This document shows positions 22,847 to 36,270 of a DNA stretch of 64,000 nt, piece after piece; the first letter of the stretch is position 1, and every line of letters begins with the position of its first letter. The position numbers and the translations under genes were made by a program. The stretch is from Octopus sinensis (Eukaryota). Below the pieces are notes generated by a model. It was not told where the DNA came from. It ran no database searches and saw only the letters and a list, made by a program, of their open reading frames with translations. The stretch covers positions 84,940,001-85,004,000 of the forward strand of contig NC_043006.1 of NCBI RefSeq assembly GCF_006345805.1. Direction: 5' to 3'.

Positions 22847-25800
22847 TACACCCTGTCCTTTTCTTTTCAATACTTTCTTACAGCTCTCTCTCTCTTCTTA
22901 TTTATCTCTTCATAACTATACATACAGTCATTCCCTTCATTTCTATTATAGTATAGATAATAGTACCCCTTCACTATAATATAATAGGACCCCTTACTTT
23001 CACTGTCTCTATTAAGCATTCAGTCTATTGAGCTAGCTGCTGTATTGTTTTCTCGCCCCGTTTAGTCCTCTATCTCTTCGTAACTATAGTCATATTCATT
23101 TTCTTTATTACTACTATTATATAGGTACCCCTTATTCTATAATAGTACCCTTTCCCGTCAGCTATCTCTAACGTTCACTCTATTTAATCAGCTTTCTCTT
23201 TTCTGTCTTTCCTTCCCGCTTTCTGCATATATATACAAATAAAATACACACACACTTTATCTAGATTTCTATCTAGCACCTTCTCTTCGAACCCTGCCCG
23301 TTTTTCTGTCTATCTACCTAGCATCCACTCGCTCAGTTTATCTACCTCTAACATCAATCCATCCATCTGGCTACCCCCTCACTATCCGTTTAGTACTTTC
23401 TAGCACCATGATAACTAGGGGTACTCTCTCTCCGTTGTCTCGACCTACAGCCAAATCTCTCTCAAATCGCACCCTTACTGTCTTTAACCCCCAAAATATA
23501 GGACACCTCTGATAGTGGTACCTTGAGACGCGCTGTTTGACTGATTGAAAGACGTGAAGTCGTGGGTGGAACGGCTTTGATCATAGGTCTTGCTCGATCA
23601 TTCTTGACCTATGGTTTTTTTTATTATTATTATTTATTTGTCAATTTCTTTAAAGCACTGACTTTTAAGATATAGTCAAACACTTAATATCTCGCTTTTA
23701 TGATACGGCCCTTCAACTGGAATTTGACACGTTGCTATAGCAGGGTCTCCCAGTTTGTTGGGTGTGAAATATTCATTATTATATTATTACACTGTTACTA
23801 GTTCAGTCTTTGTTGACATGACAGACAGACACACTCTAAAGGCAAAGGTCTCCTGTCTTTCGTTTCTAGAGTAGGAGAGGATAACACACACACACACGCA
23901 TATTTCTACATGATAGAGCAGACCTACTGAAATAAGCAGCCAAATCTCTCCCTCTCTTTCTCTCTCTCTCAAACTACGCTGACCAATAACTTGAAAAAGA
24001 AATACCTTTTGGTAATAAGTCTAACTCGATTGGGGTTGATTTAGGGACTTAAAGAGAGGAAAGAAAATACCCCTTTTCCCTCTCTCTGTAAAGTGTATTG
24101 TGTGTGTCAAACACTTGCATAATATATACGGAACAGATGATTTCATATATTATTTTATCCATAAAATTAATTTGAAGAAATTTCTTAAACCTATATAATT
24201 GTTTTCTTTCAATTATATTTCTATATATTTACATACAAACATAAACATCGGCACCCCACCCCATACATATACACACGCTCACGTACAAAGACACACACAC
24301 ACCTATATGTAAAACCTGCTTTTTTTCACAAACCCTCTTGTGTGATCTATGCTTTACCTTACCTACTTTAATGAATTGTCCTTAATTTCAGCCAGACAAA
24401 TACTCCATATAAAATAAAAATAAATTAAAATATAGAATTAGAAACAAAAAAAAACACAGTAGCAGCACATTATTTATGTCAGGTTTACAATAAATAAATA
24501 ATATTTTTTTAAAATCTTAGATGATATATCTCTTATCTTCTCATGTGTTCTGTACCAAAAATGGTATCAGATCCGTAAAGGAACTATTCTTCTTCCCACA
24601 AAGTCTATTCTATCTACATTCCCGTGACATAGCGCTCTGTTATCTCTCTTAATTCTGGTCATGTTTTTAATTCTATGCATTCAACCTTAGACATATCTGC
24701 AATTAATATATGTATATGTAGTTCAGCAAGATCTATTTGGCCCTGGTCTTCGTGTGCGTATGTGTGTGTGTATGTATATATATATATATATGGTAGTGTC
24801 ATTTAATGTTGGTGCTATATTTATTTTTTTTTCTTCTTCTCAAACTCAAAATGCTCGAATCTTCTGCTGTTTTGCTTAGTTCCATCCAATTCAGTCCATT
24901 ATTGAAGTGAAGTTCTGATTGCAAATTCTTGCCTCGGTAAAATACCTATCTACCAAGAAAACATCAAAAATATATTGCAGGCCACTCAAACAACTGTGTG
25001 CATATTTATGTGCCTGTGTGTTATGCCCTTATTTATATGTATACGTATGACTATGGTCTTGTGTGTATATGCGCGCACGCGTGTGTATATATATATATAT
25101 ATTATATATATTACACACACACACACATATATCTGTATGTGTGGGTGTATATGTACACGCACTTCTACAAAGTTGTCAGTCGTGTGAACTTTGTGGTATA
25201 TTTTTAATATCTGTCATATTTAATGTATGTTAATATGGATGTGTTAACGGGTGCACCTATACATATATGCATACGTCCGTGCGTGCGTGTTTATAGATGA
25301 GAAAGTAAGTCAGGAGGTATGAATGAGTTGAATATATTTATTTCACCAGTTGATAGCCATAGGCTGGCGTCTCTTTAGCAGCCAACATTATGCAAAAATA
25401 ATATATAAATCCATGTATTGTTCATTAAATTTATATATATACACACATACACTGGGATAATGCACTTTATCTTTTGGGTGTGTATATTATGTGCTTTTGA
25501 GTAGAGGTAATTAATTAAATAGATATATGTGTTAGATACTTATTCATTATGGGTGTATGCAAACATGATGTGCGTCTGTTTGTGTATGTATATTCGATAT
25601 GTATGCAGATGGAGAACTGCAAAAATAAACAACCTATATATGCAAGCTCACTGTTAGCAAGTTCTCTCGTTAAGACTACTGGTTCTGTGTGTGTGTCTAA
25701 CTGGTTGCTTTACAGTGATATATTGTGTAAATGATAAATATTGATTTCTCACTTTGGTACAAGGCCACACACTTGTCAGGGAGGTGTACTGAAGTCGATT

Positions 25801-27031
25801 GAATCGAGAATTGATCACTGTAATATCACTGATGTTTTTAGTTTCTCGTTGAAACTGAACGCCTGGAGAGCTCTCGCTTTCGGATTGAACTCGGAACCCT
25901 GTAGGGCCAGGACGTTATTGCTGCCTTGTCGGCTCAAGGTACGACCTTCGGGGATGGATGGACAATGACAATAGGGTTTTTCAAAAAAAAGTATCAACAC
26001 AAGTTCCTATTATTTTTTTCTGAACCTTTTAATTTATATTTGTCTTATTCAGAGAACACACAAAAATCATTTTCTTCAGTCTAGTGTGTGTGTGTATATA
26101 AATGTGTATTTGTGTGTGTATATATGCATGTGTATATATGTGCATGTATGTATGTGTGTATGTATATATGTGCATGTATGTATGTGTGTGTATGTATATA
26201 TGTGTATGTATATATATATGTGTGTGCATGTATGTGTGTGGGTGTATGTATATACTTGTGTGTGTATATATGTATGATGTATATATTAAGTATATATTAC
26301 ATATATATTTGATATACTTGTATGTTGTGTATATCCACATATGTATTATATAAAGGATACACAGACACATACATTTGGTCTATGTATGTATATGCAATAT
26401 ATAATGCTGTATATATTATGTATATTTAAAAGTATATGTGTAATATGATTCACATACACATATTTAAGAGGTCCAGATATGACTGTATGGTAAGGACTTC
26501 GCTGCTCAACCATATAGTTTTAGATTCAGACCCACAGACAGCACCTTGTGCAAGTGTCTTCTACTATAACCCTTAGCTGACCAAAACCTTGTGAATGGAT
26601 ATATTTGATAGACGGAAGCTAAATTTGCCTTGACATTTTGTGTCTGGCTTTGGGGAAATATTACCTTGCTGGAAATGGGTGAAGGTTAGTGACAAGGAAA
26701 GGAAGATCATGTGGCGGTAAATAAAAGAAAAATGCTTTGATAATGTATTCATTTCATCCATGCCAACATGGAAAAGCAGATGTAAAAACAAATATTTATA
26801 TATATAAGAAATTTATCAGTATATAAGGCATGTAATAAAGATGAAGAAAGGTATATTATCATAGAAGATAGATTTTTGATTTTTGAAAAATTATCTTTGC
26901 TTCTAGAGAGAATGACCAATCACTTTGTGGTATTTGAGACCTAAGTAAGAAAGGGAGATAATCTCAAAGATCAAGAATTCTCCAAAATTTGATGTGCCGT
27001 TAAAGAAAAGACTGTGTGATAGATGGTCTGT

Positions 27032-27099
27032 AGATAAGACAACTGTAAGCATGTGTTTCTGCCTTATTAGGCATCATCAGTGCAGCAGTTGTCCTATCT
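27032..27099 (-). ncRNA. Type I hammerhead ribozyme-like motif (core-mutated)
   Basis: Minus strand: long bulged stem I, CTGATGA, perfect 5-bp stem II TGCCT-AATA-AGGCA, GAAA, short stem III; C instead of U at position 16.1. Confidence 0.7.
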
Positions 27100-27290
27100 T
27101 TTCTCCTGTGAACATATACAAAAAGTACAACACATTCATGATCTCAGTGATTTGCATAAATGAAAATTAGCTAAGAGAGATATCTTTGTGGCAATGATAT
27201 GTATTTGAGCAACATAAATATATTCAGATCTATATAATGTATATATACATATAGTATAAACATAGATAGCATATGACTATGTATACTACT

Positions 27291-27322
<32 letters not shown>

Positions 27323-27355
27323 ATATAATATATATATTATATGGTTACATATATA

Positions 27356-27730
27356 GGTGCAGGAGTGGCTGTGTGGTAAGTAGCTTGCTTACCAACCACA
27401 TGGTTCCAGGTTCATTCCCACTGTGTGGGACCTTGAGCAAGTATCTTCTACTATAGCCTTGGGTCAACCAAAGCCTTGTGAGTAGATTTGGTAGACAGAA
27501 ACTGAAAGAAGTCCGTCGTATATATGTATATATATGTAGGTGTGTCTATGTTTGTCCCCCCAGCATCACTTGACAACCGATGGTGGTGTGTTTAGCAGTT
27601 TGGCAAAAGATACCGATAGAATAAGTACTAGGCTTACAAAGAATATGTCCTGGGGTCGATTTGCTTGACTAAAGGTGGTGCTCCAGCATGGCCACAGTCA
27701 AATGACTGAAACAAGTAAAAGAGTAAAGAG
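27356..27730 (+). mobile_element. Family A SINE, full length
   Basis: GGTGCAGGAGTGGCTGTGTGGTAAG head to AAACAAGTAAAAGAGTAAAGAG tail. Confidence 0.9.
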
Positions 27731-28509
27731 TATATACATATACATATATATGCATATAACATATGTATACTACATATATATATATATTATATGGTTACAC
27801 ATATATTTATCATCTTTAATGGGTCACATGGAATACTTTGAGGCAGATCTTATTCAGCTGGATGCCTTCCTGTCACCAACACTCATCTTTTCCCATGCAA
27901 GGTAATATTTCTCCATGACCAGATATGTTTCCATGGCAAACTGGGAAAAAAAATGACATTGATGGTAAAATTCATTTGCAACCATTGCACAATATGCAGG
28001 CAAGGAATACATTCTCATTTGCATGCCTGCATACAAAATACACACATACACACACACACACATTGTGGCTGAGTGGTTAAGAAGCTTGTTTCCTGTCTGT
28101 GTGGTTCGGGGTTCAGTCCTATCTTGCGACAACTTGGGAAAGTATCTTCTACTATATGTCTGGGCACCAACCAAAGTCTAAGTTTTTTGGTAGAGAGAAA
28201 GTGTTTTGAACCAGATATATGTATCATCCACATCATTTTAACATCTATTTTTCGGTGCTCTCATAGGCTGAACGGAATTTCTTGAGGCAGATTTTCTATG
28301 GTTGGATGCCCTTCCCATCACCAACTTTTCCCCCACTTCCAAGAAAAGTAATATTTCTCCATGGCCTGGCATGTGTTCACTGAAGATTGGAAATGACAGA
28401 CACTGCTTACATGATGGTGACATTCGTTTACAACCATCATGTGTCATTGAGGCAAGAATACACATTCACATTTGCATACATACAAGATATAAAGACACTC
28501 CCTTTGATC

Positions 28510-28830
28510 ACAAATTACCATGGAATTGCACCTAGAAAGTTCTGTTACAGAGTACAAGTCCAGGCAAGGTTCTGTGGAAGACCAGCAGTCGCTCATGTAT
28601 ACCCCCCCCCCTCTTCACACCACTGATGTTGTTTGAGGGAAAGGCAAAGACCAGTACAGCTTGGCACCAGTGACATTGCAACTCATTCCTGCAGCTGAGT
28701 AATTGGAGCAATGTGAAATACAGTGACTTGCTCATAAACAAAACATAGAGCCCAATCCAGTTTGGGAATTGAACTCACTACCTCATGATTGTGAGCCCAA
28801 CGCTCTAAGTACTGAGTCATGTGCCTTGGA
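28510..28830 (-). mobile_element. Family D SINE
   Basis: Colinear with 545-855. Confidence 0.8.
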
Positions 28831-28831
28831 A

Positions 28832-28965
28832 GTGCATCCAGCTGTAGAAACACTGCCAGATCAGACTGGGCCTGGTGCAGCCTCCTGGCTTCCCAGACCC
28901 CAGTCGAACCGTCCAACCCGTGCTAGCATGGAAAGCAGACGTTAAACAATGATGATGATGATATA
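28832..28965 (+). mobile_element. 3' part of repeat family C ((TGA)n-tailed retroelement)
   Basis: CATCCAGCTGTAGAAAC..TGCTAGCATGGAAAGCAGACGTTAAAC(ATG)n, shared with 30228-30603, 48895-49131 and 61250-61775. Confidence 0.8.
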
Positions 28966-29276
28966 TCACCATGATCACCGTGACCAACCAGGCTATCAGA
29001 TGTTGCTACACATCGCTGGTCACAATGTGCTTCATATTGTTTTAGCCTTCAAATGACGCCACCCCGCTGGCTAAGCGAGCAGGCTAACAGAAGAAAGAGT
29101 GAGAGAAAGTTGTGGCGAAAGAGTACAGCAGGGATCGCCACCACCCCTGCCGGAGCTTCGTGGAGCTTTAGGTGTTTTCGCTCAATAAACACTCACAACG
29201 CCTGATCTGGGAATCGAAACTGCGATCCTACGACTGCGAGTCCTCTGCCCTAACCACTGGGCCATTGTGCCGCCAC
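28966..29276 (-). mobile_element. tRNA-derived SINE, family H (single copy here)
   Basis: Minus head GTGGCGGCACAATGGCCCAGTGGTTAGGGCAGAGGACTCGCAGTC..GTTTCGATTCCC with clear A and B boxes. Confidence 0.8.
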
Positions 29277-29839
29277 ATATATATATATGCATACTTACAC
29301 ACACACATTTATGTGGGTGGGTGTTGTATACAATATCCCTTCTATTATGCTCAAACATTGTGCCTCCAAAACTAGCCCTTATATTTATCAAACTGGTCAC
29401 TTTCTCCCTCTTGACAGTGATCTATCATGGTTTTTGAAAACATACTACAAAGTGTCCTCTCACCCAAAGACAGCAACTTCTCTGAACCCCACAGCTATCA
29501 TTCCGTCACACTCACTTCTAATGTCTCTGAGTTAATAATGGAGACAGCCATTGACATTGAGGACTTCCAATACTTTGAATCTCTCTCCCTTTCTCTCCTT
29601 AATGGTTTCATATTTCAGCGCAGAGCCAGCCATTTTTGAGGGGAGGGAGAATTTGATTACAATGTCCCTGGGACTTGACTGATACTTATGGAAAATGAAA
29701 AGCAAAGTCAACTTTGGTCGAATTTGAACTCAGAATATAAAGACAAATGAAGTGATATTAAGTGTTCGGATCAGCATACTAATGATTCTGCCAATTCTCT
29801 CTCTCCTTAATGACTACCAATAGGACTTCAGTAAAGCCA

Positions 29840-31390
29840 GATCCAATGACATCACACTCTCTGGTGTCGCCTGCTTGTAGGGTCTTACCTAGCATCAACA
29901 CTTCCAACTGTGTCTGCTAAACTAATCTCTCATTTTGAAATTTCCTGACTTTGGCATCGTCAGTCTCCCATCTTTTAGTTCATTAGCTTCCAGTTAGATT
30001 TCACTACTACTGCATGTCATGAGGAAGCGTTTTCTATCTCTCATGGTATGGTCCCAATGTTCGGTTTTGTCCCTCACCTTTCCCCCAACTCTCTTCCTTT
30101 TATACATCAATGACTTACTTGCTGCCATATCCAACATCTACTCTTGCACAGATGACACTACCTTTCAATTTTCTCTAATATTTGCCAGTAATGCATTAGC
30201 GATTACCCACATGTGATAAAGATATTGCATCATCATCGTCGTTTAACGTCTGCTTTCCATGCTAGCATGGGTTGGACGATTTTGACTGAGGGCTGGCGAA
30301 CCAGATGGCTGCACCAGGCTCCAATCTTGATCTGGCAGAGTTTCTACAGCTGGATCCCCTTCCTAACGCCAACTACTCCGAGAGTGTAGTGGGTGCTTTT
30401 TACGTGTCACCGGCACGGGAGCCAGTCAGGCAGTACTGGCAATGACCTTGCTCGAATCTTTTTTCACTTGCCACCGGCACAGGTACCAGTGAAGCAACGT
30501 TGGTAACGATCACGCTCAAATGGTGCCCTTCTATATGCCACAGGTACGGAAGCCAGTTGGCTGCTCTGGCAACGATCACGTTCAGATGGTGCTCTTGGCA
30601 CCAAACAAAAACTTCATGCATCAACAGAAACCTTGAAACTGCCCTCCAGTAAGGCTATGCTGCTTTTGTTTCTTTCAACAGCAAGAAGTAAAAAAATTGC
30701 TACTCATATGAAGTGGACATCATACCACACAACCCTTAGTTACGAGCAACACTCAACTAAAGCCTTCAAAATCACACCAGTTGTTGGGTCTTATTGGCCA
30801 CTGGTACTACGTGGTTAAGTAGTTTATTTCCCAACCACATGGTTCCAGGTCAGTCCCACTGCATGACACCATAAGCAAGTGTCTTCTATAATGGCCAACT
30901 ACACTTTGTGAGTGGATTTAGTAGACATCCCCTGCCCTACAGGCATTCTGTCCCCTCGCACTGCCTTTTCTTCTGTTTACTATATAAGGCCTCTGCTCTG
31001 CATAGTTGCTTGACCAAATGCCACCTTCCGCACAGTTGCTCATGTCCTACAATGCCCTCCTCCTCTTTGTCACCCTTCTCACAGGGTCATCTGAACAGCA
31101 TTATAACCCCCCCCCCCCCCAAAAAAAGTCAATGCACTGAGCCCTATAGTATTCATTGACAAAGAAGCCACAACATACATAGATTAAAATTGGGTCCTCT
31201 AAATCAGTGGGGCTCTTAAGCAACTACCCACTGTGCCCATGCCTTGAGAAGACACTGATTCTAATGCACAACTCGCTAAACACTGCACTAAACACTATGC
31301 CCAGTTTTTCCTTCCCTGAGTGCCAACCCTCTGGAATTCCTACACTTCTCATAGATAGGGTTCAAGAGGAACATTAATAGAATCAGTCTT
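29840..31390 (+). mobile_element. L2/CR1-group LINE RT remnant, interrupted by younger inserts
   Basis: PTLFLLYINDLLAAISNIYSCTDDTT (YADD-like) near 30090-30170; INRNLETALQ*G..SFNSKK after the family C insert; TLWNS..FKRNIN near 31330-31380. Confidence 0.72.
30228..30603 (-). mobile_element. Family C element, well preserved
   Basis: (CAT)n tail at 30228; first ~145 bp nearly identical by eye to 61628-61775. Confidence 0.85.
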
Positions 31391-31996
31391 ATTGGCTTGG
31401 GAAGGCTATTGAAGGCCATGAGTGTTGTCTCTTCCATTGGACATGGCAACTAAATTTATAATGTATATAATAAGCATAATATATACGTTTATATACATTA
31501 ACAATGCAACCACACATCTGCTCTTGATGGTTTCTTTTCCTCCCTTGGACTTTTCCCTTTCTCCTTTCTGACAAAGAGCTATGCTCGAAACATCTTTTCA
31601 CTGAATGTCAAGTTAATACATTTCTGGTGCACATCCTCTTGTCCTTTAATTTTATTATTCATTTATTTGAAATGACTATATATATATATATATATATAGA
31701 CAAAACCCACCTGGAAGCGGATGTGTGACGCTCGATCATATAACAACAAAATAATAAATAAAACATATGCATATATACATACATATGTGTACATACCTAC
31801 ATATATATGTATATATACATGCATATATGGATACAGGACACAAAAAAAAACGTAGAACACAATGAGAAACGAAAACATAAAAACAAAAACATAGAAACGG
31901 ACTTTTTTCAAGCAACGAAGAAACAGAGTGCAAGACATACAACACAAGGAATATTCCCCTTCTTCAGTTGCCCCTGTTTCGACTACTCCGTGTATG

Positions 31997-32029
<33 letters not shown>

Positions 32030-32084
32030 ACTTTTTTTAATCAATGTGTTTTGTTATGACAACAGTACATATTTTAAAAGTTTG

Positions 32085-32355
32085 ATACTTAATCTATCAG
32101 TTTTTTTGCCAAACCATTTAGTTATAGGGACGTAAGCAAGATAACACCTGTTGTCAAGTGGTGCAGTGAGACAGACAGACAGACACGTGTGTGTGTGTGT
32201 ATACACATGTAGGCTTCCGCATAGTTACTGCTTGCTAAATACACTCACAAAGCATTGGTCACTCCAGGCCTATAAAAAGAACTTAAGGTGTTATGCAGTA
32301 GAACTAAATTTGAAACCGCCTGGTTACAAAGCAAGCTTCTCAGTAACTCAACCTT
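32085..32355 (-). mobile_element. Family A SINE (degenerate)
   Basis: AAACCATTTAGTTATAGGGACGTAA..TTGTCAAG..CACTCACAAAGCATTGG. Confidence 0.65.
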
Positions 32356-32707
32356 GTATATAATATAGTGTATATATAATTATATAGTACATAAATAATA
32401 TATATGTCGTCTCTACATGCCTATATAATATATAGTAGATATATACATATAGTGTATATGCATATATAATGTATATAAATATATAGCTATAGCGTGTGTG
32501 TGTGTGTGTGTATATATATATACATACATACACATACATACAGAGTAAATCAAATGTTGGTGGGCAGTAAATAACATTTATTTTGAGATTACAAAATAAT
32601 ATAATTAAATTTTGATAGACAATTATTACATTTATTATTAAATTTTATTGCATTCAATACAAAAGCACTGAAAATTTAAAGGATTTTAGTTGAATAATTC
32701 GACAACA

Positions 32708-33100
32708 GGCGCAGGAGTGGCTGTGTGGTAAGTAGCTTGCTCACCAACCACATTGTTCCGGGTTCAGTCCCACTGCGTGTCACCTTGAGCAACTGTCTTC
32801 TACTATAGCCTCGGGCCGACCAGAGCCTTGTGAGTGGATTTGGTAGACGGAAACTGAAAGAAGCCCGTCATATATGTATATATATGTTTGTGTGTCTGTG
32901 TTTGTCCCAGCCCCCGATATTGCTTGACAATCGATGCTGGTGTGTTTACGTCCCCTGTAACTTAGCGGTTCCGCAAAAGAGACCGATAGAATAAGTACTA
33001 GGCTTACAAAGAATACGTCCTGGGGTCGATTTGCTCGACCAAAGGTGGTGCTCCAGCATGGCCGCAGTCAAATGACTGAAACAAGTAAAAGAGTAAAGAG
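32708..33100 (+). mobile_element. Family A SINE, full length, CpG-retaining (probably young)
   Basis: GGCGCAGGAGTGGCTGTGTGGTAAG head, B-box-like GGGTTCAGTCCC, complete tail. Confidence 0.92.
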
Positions 33101-33570
33101 TATAAAATTTCATATAACACAAACTGCATAGTTATAATATATCCCTACCACAATCCCTATTTAACCGACTGTCCACCTACTTTTAGCAAAGCATGATGCA
33201 GTCTTATGCCTAGCCAGCTCCTGTCAAAACTCTCGGACCCATGCCGGCATGGAAAGTAGACGTTAAATGATGATGATGATGATTGTACCTACATATTTAC
33301 GAATTATGTATGTAGAATATATACGTATATCCCTGAATATATAAATATATGTATATATATGTGCACGTATGTGTACATGTGTGTCGAAGGAAGTTTCACT
33401 ATCTTAAGCTGCAGTGTTGGTTGCTTGCATATCCTCATCCAGAGAGACTAAATATAGCATTCGTGTGTGTGTGTGTGTGTGTGACACACATGCAGACCTG
33501 GTAGTCAGCACTTAATGACAAACATCCTGCCAACCCAATACATGTATATGCAGGTGTATCTAGACTGTAT

Positions 33571-33618
<48 letters not shown>

Positions 33619-33666
33619 TACATTATTATTATTAAAGCTGCAAAAACATAAAAATATCACAAAAGT

Positions 33667-33703
33667 CTATTGCTCAGAGTTTCACGTTCCATTCATCAGA
33701 CAG
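33667..33703 (-). ncRNA. Minimal hammerhead-like motif (core-mutated)
   Basis: Minus: CTGT-CTGATGA-ATG(GAA)CGT-GAA-ACTCTGAGC-A-ATAG; all three stems can be drawn, but 16.1 is C. Confidence 0.55.
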
Positions 33704-33717
33704 TTTAGATTGAGCAA

Positions 33718-33789
33718 TATATATATATATATACGTATCATACTATACATATATATTATATATATATATATATACGTATACATACATAC

Positions 33790-33845
<56 letters not shown>

Positions 33846-33909
33846 TTATATCTATATACGTATACATACATACATATACATATATATATATATACTATAT
33901 ATATATATC

Positions 33910-33940
<31 letters not shown>

Positions 33941-34346
33941 CGTATACATACATACATATACATATATTATATATATATATATATATCGTATACATACATA
34001 CATACATTATATATATATATATATATATAACGTATATATATATACGTACCATACATACATATACTATATATAGATATACGTATACATACATACATATACA
34101 TCATATATATATATACGTATACATACATACATATATATATATATAATATATAACTCATATACACATATGATATCTATACGTATACATACATACATATATA
34201 TATATACGTATACATACATAACATATATATTATATCTATATATATATATATATCTATATACGTATACACATACATACATATACCACATATAGTATATATA
34301 TATACTCGTATACATCATACATATACATATATATATATATATACGT

Positions 34347-34396
<50 letters not shown>

Positions 34397-34857
34397 CGTA
34401 TACATACATACATATACATATATATATACGTATACATACATCCATATAATATATATATAACGTATACATACATATACATATACATATATATATATACATA
34501 TGTATGTATATGTATGTATGTATACGTATACATATGTATGTATACGTATATATATACATATATACATATGTATGTATACGTATATATATACATATATACA
34601 TATGTATGTATACGTATATATATACATATATACATATGTATGTATACGTATATATGACATATATACATGTATGTATACGTATATATAGACGTAATCTATA
34701 TGTATGTATGTATACGTATATATATACATATATATATATGTATATGTATGTATGTATACGTATATATATATGTATATATATATATATGTATATGTAGTAT
34801 GTATGTATACGTATGTATGTATACGTATATATATATATGTATATGTATGTAAGTATA
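33718..34857. repeat. 1.1-kb compound TA/TACA satellite containing TATACGTATA units
   Basis: Directly visible; unit orientation flips near 34500. Confidence 0.95.
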
Positions 34858-35111
34858 CTCTTTTACTTGTTTCAGCCATCCGGCTGAGGCCATGCTGGGG
34901 CACCGCCCTTGTTGCTACCCTCTCTAAGTCCAGTTTGCCGTGGCTGGCCACTGATCTAAGAGAGAGTTTGTAGCTGATGCCCTTAGGTTACCTTCGAACC
35001 TTGCAGTGGGTTCATCTGGGATCCCGAAAAGCAGCTTGTCTAGATACATATATATGTATATGTATGTATGTATACGTATATATGTATATGTATGTATGTA
35101 TGTATGTATAC

Positions 35112-35155
<44 letters not shown>

Positions 35156-35735
35156 CCTTGCTGGTGACACACGAAAGGCACTTAGTACATTCTGTGGAGT
35201 GGTTGGCGTTAGGAAGAACATCCAACTGTAGAAACCATGCCGAAACAGACTGAAGCCTGGTGCAGCCCTCCGGCTTACCAGCTTCAGTCATATCGTCTAA
35301 CCCATGACAGCATATAATGAAAGCAGATGTCAAATGATGATATATTTATAGGGGCCTCAAATAAGTAACAAGCATCAGTGTCACACTATGTGTGTTATCA
35401 GTTATGGGTAATTATCCCATCGACCGGTTTCTACACAGCTTCTGCCGACCCAATTTCTCTTTCAAGCGGGGAGGAGTGTGTATGTCGACTTGTGGCTTTA
35501 GAAATGGATATTTGCCCGAGATGCCTTGCAATGGGATCGATCCCAGAACTTCTTGGTTGTGAAGTGAACTTCTTAACCATTGAGCCAGACTGCACTATGT
35601 CCTGTTGTAATGTATATATACGAAACTTCTTAGCTTGACGTGTGTCCAACCCATGCCAGCATGAAAGATGGATGTTGAATGATAATGACGTGTGTGTATA
35701 TATATACACATATGTATATATATATGAGTGCATTC

Positions 35736-35804
<69 letters not shown>

Positions 35805-36084
35805 AACACGCAAGAAGTAAATGGAGGAAAAATAACAGGAAGAAGTCGTTTGCACTAGTAACCCATTAATTTAATTAATCAACAGTGGTTGTAATAGTAC
35901 ATTTGCCATCCCTTATAGCTTTTAAACACCTAACCTATACCTATATATATATATAAAATATACGTGTCTCCATACATACATAGAGAGAGAGAGAGATGAT
36001 ACTGTCAATTTGTAAAGTTTGTTGAGGTGTTTCGTATGGAATGGCAAGAGGTGGCGTTTTATCCAGTTCACGTGATTTGAACCA

Positions 36085-36270
36085 AACATAACCAAGGGTC
36101 ACTGCGGTCGCTCAACCTGCTAAAAATAGCAGCCAAATCTCCCTCAGATAGCATCTTGACCACCCTCTTTTCTATTTCAAAAACAAAGGAAAGACAAATA
36201 ATGCAATCTCAGTTGTCTGGAAAACAGATCGAGACGTGATGGTCGTAGCTGGAACACTTTCGATCATTCA
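36085..36270. repeat. Interspersed repeat E (probable old SINE)
   Basis: Motif AAATAGCAGCCAAATCTCCCTC, also near 23930, 45670, 50120 and reversed near 18290 and 53000. Confidence 0.65.

Noticed and set aside
31940-31990. GAAAC..CTGAAGA on the minus strand
   Set aside because: Only 8 nt between the boxes in type II order and no GAAA after the stem; cannot form a hammerhead.
34064-34951. 295-aa minus ORF (Y/I/T/H rich) and the many similar YI/CV/MY ORFs
   Set aside because: Translations of TA, TG and TATG microsatellites, which lack stop codons in some frames.
35415-35450. GAAACCGGTC palindrome with a GUC site on the minus strand
   Set aside because: No CUGANGA box or stem I partner upstream.
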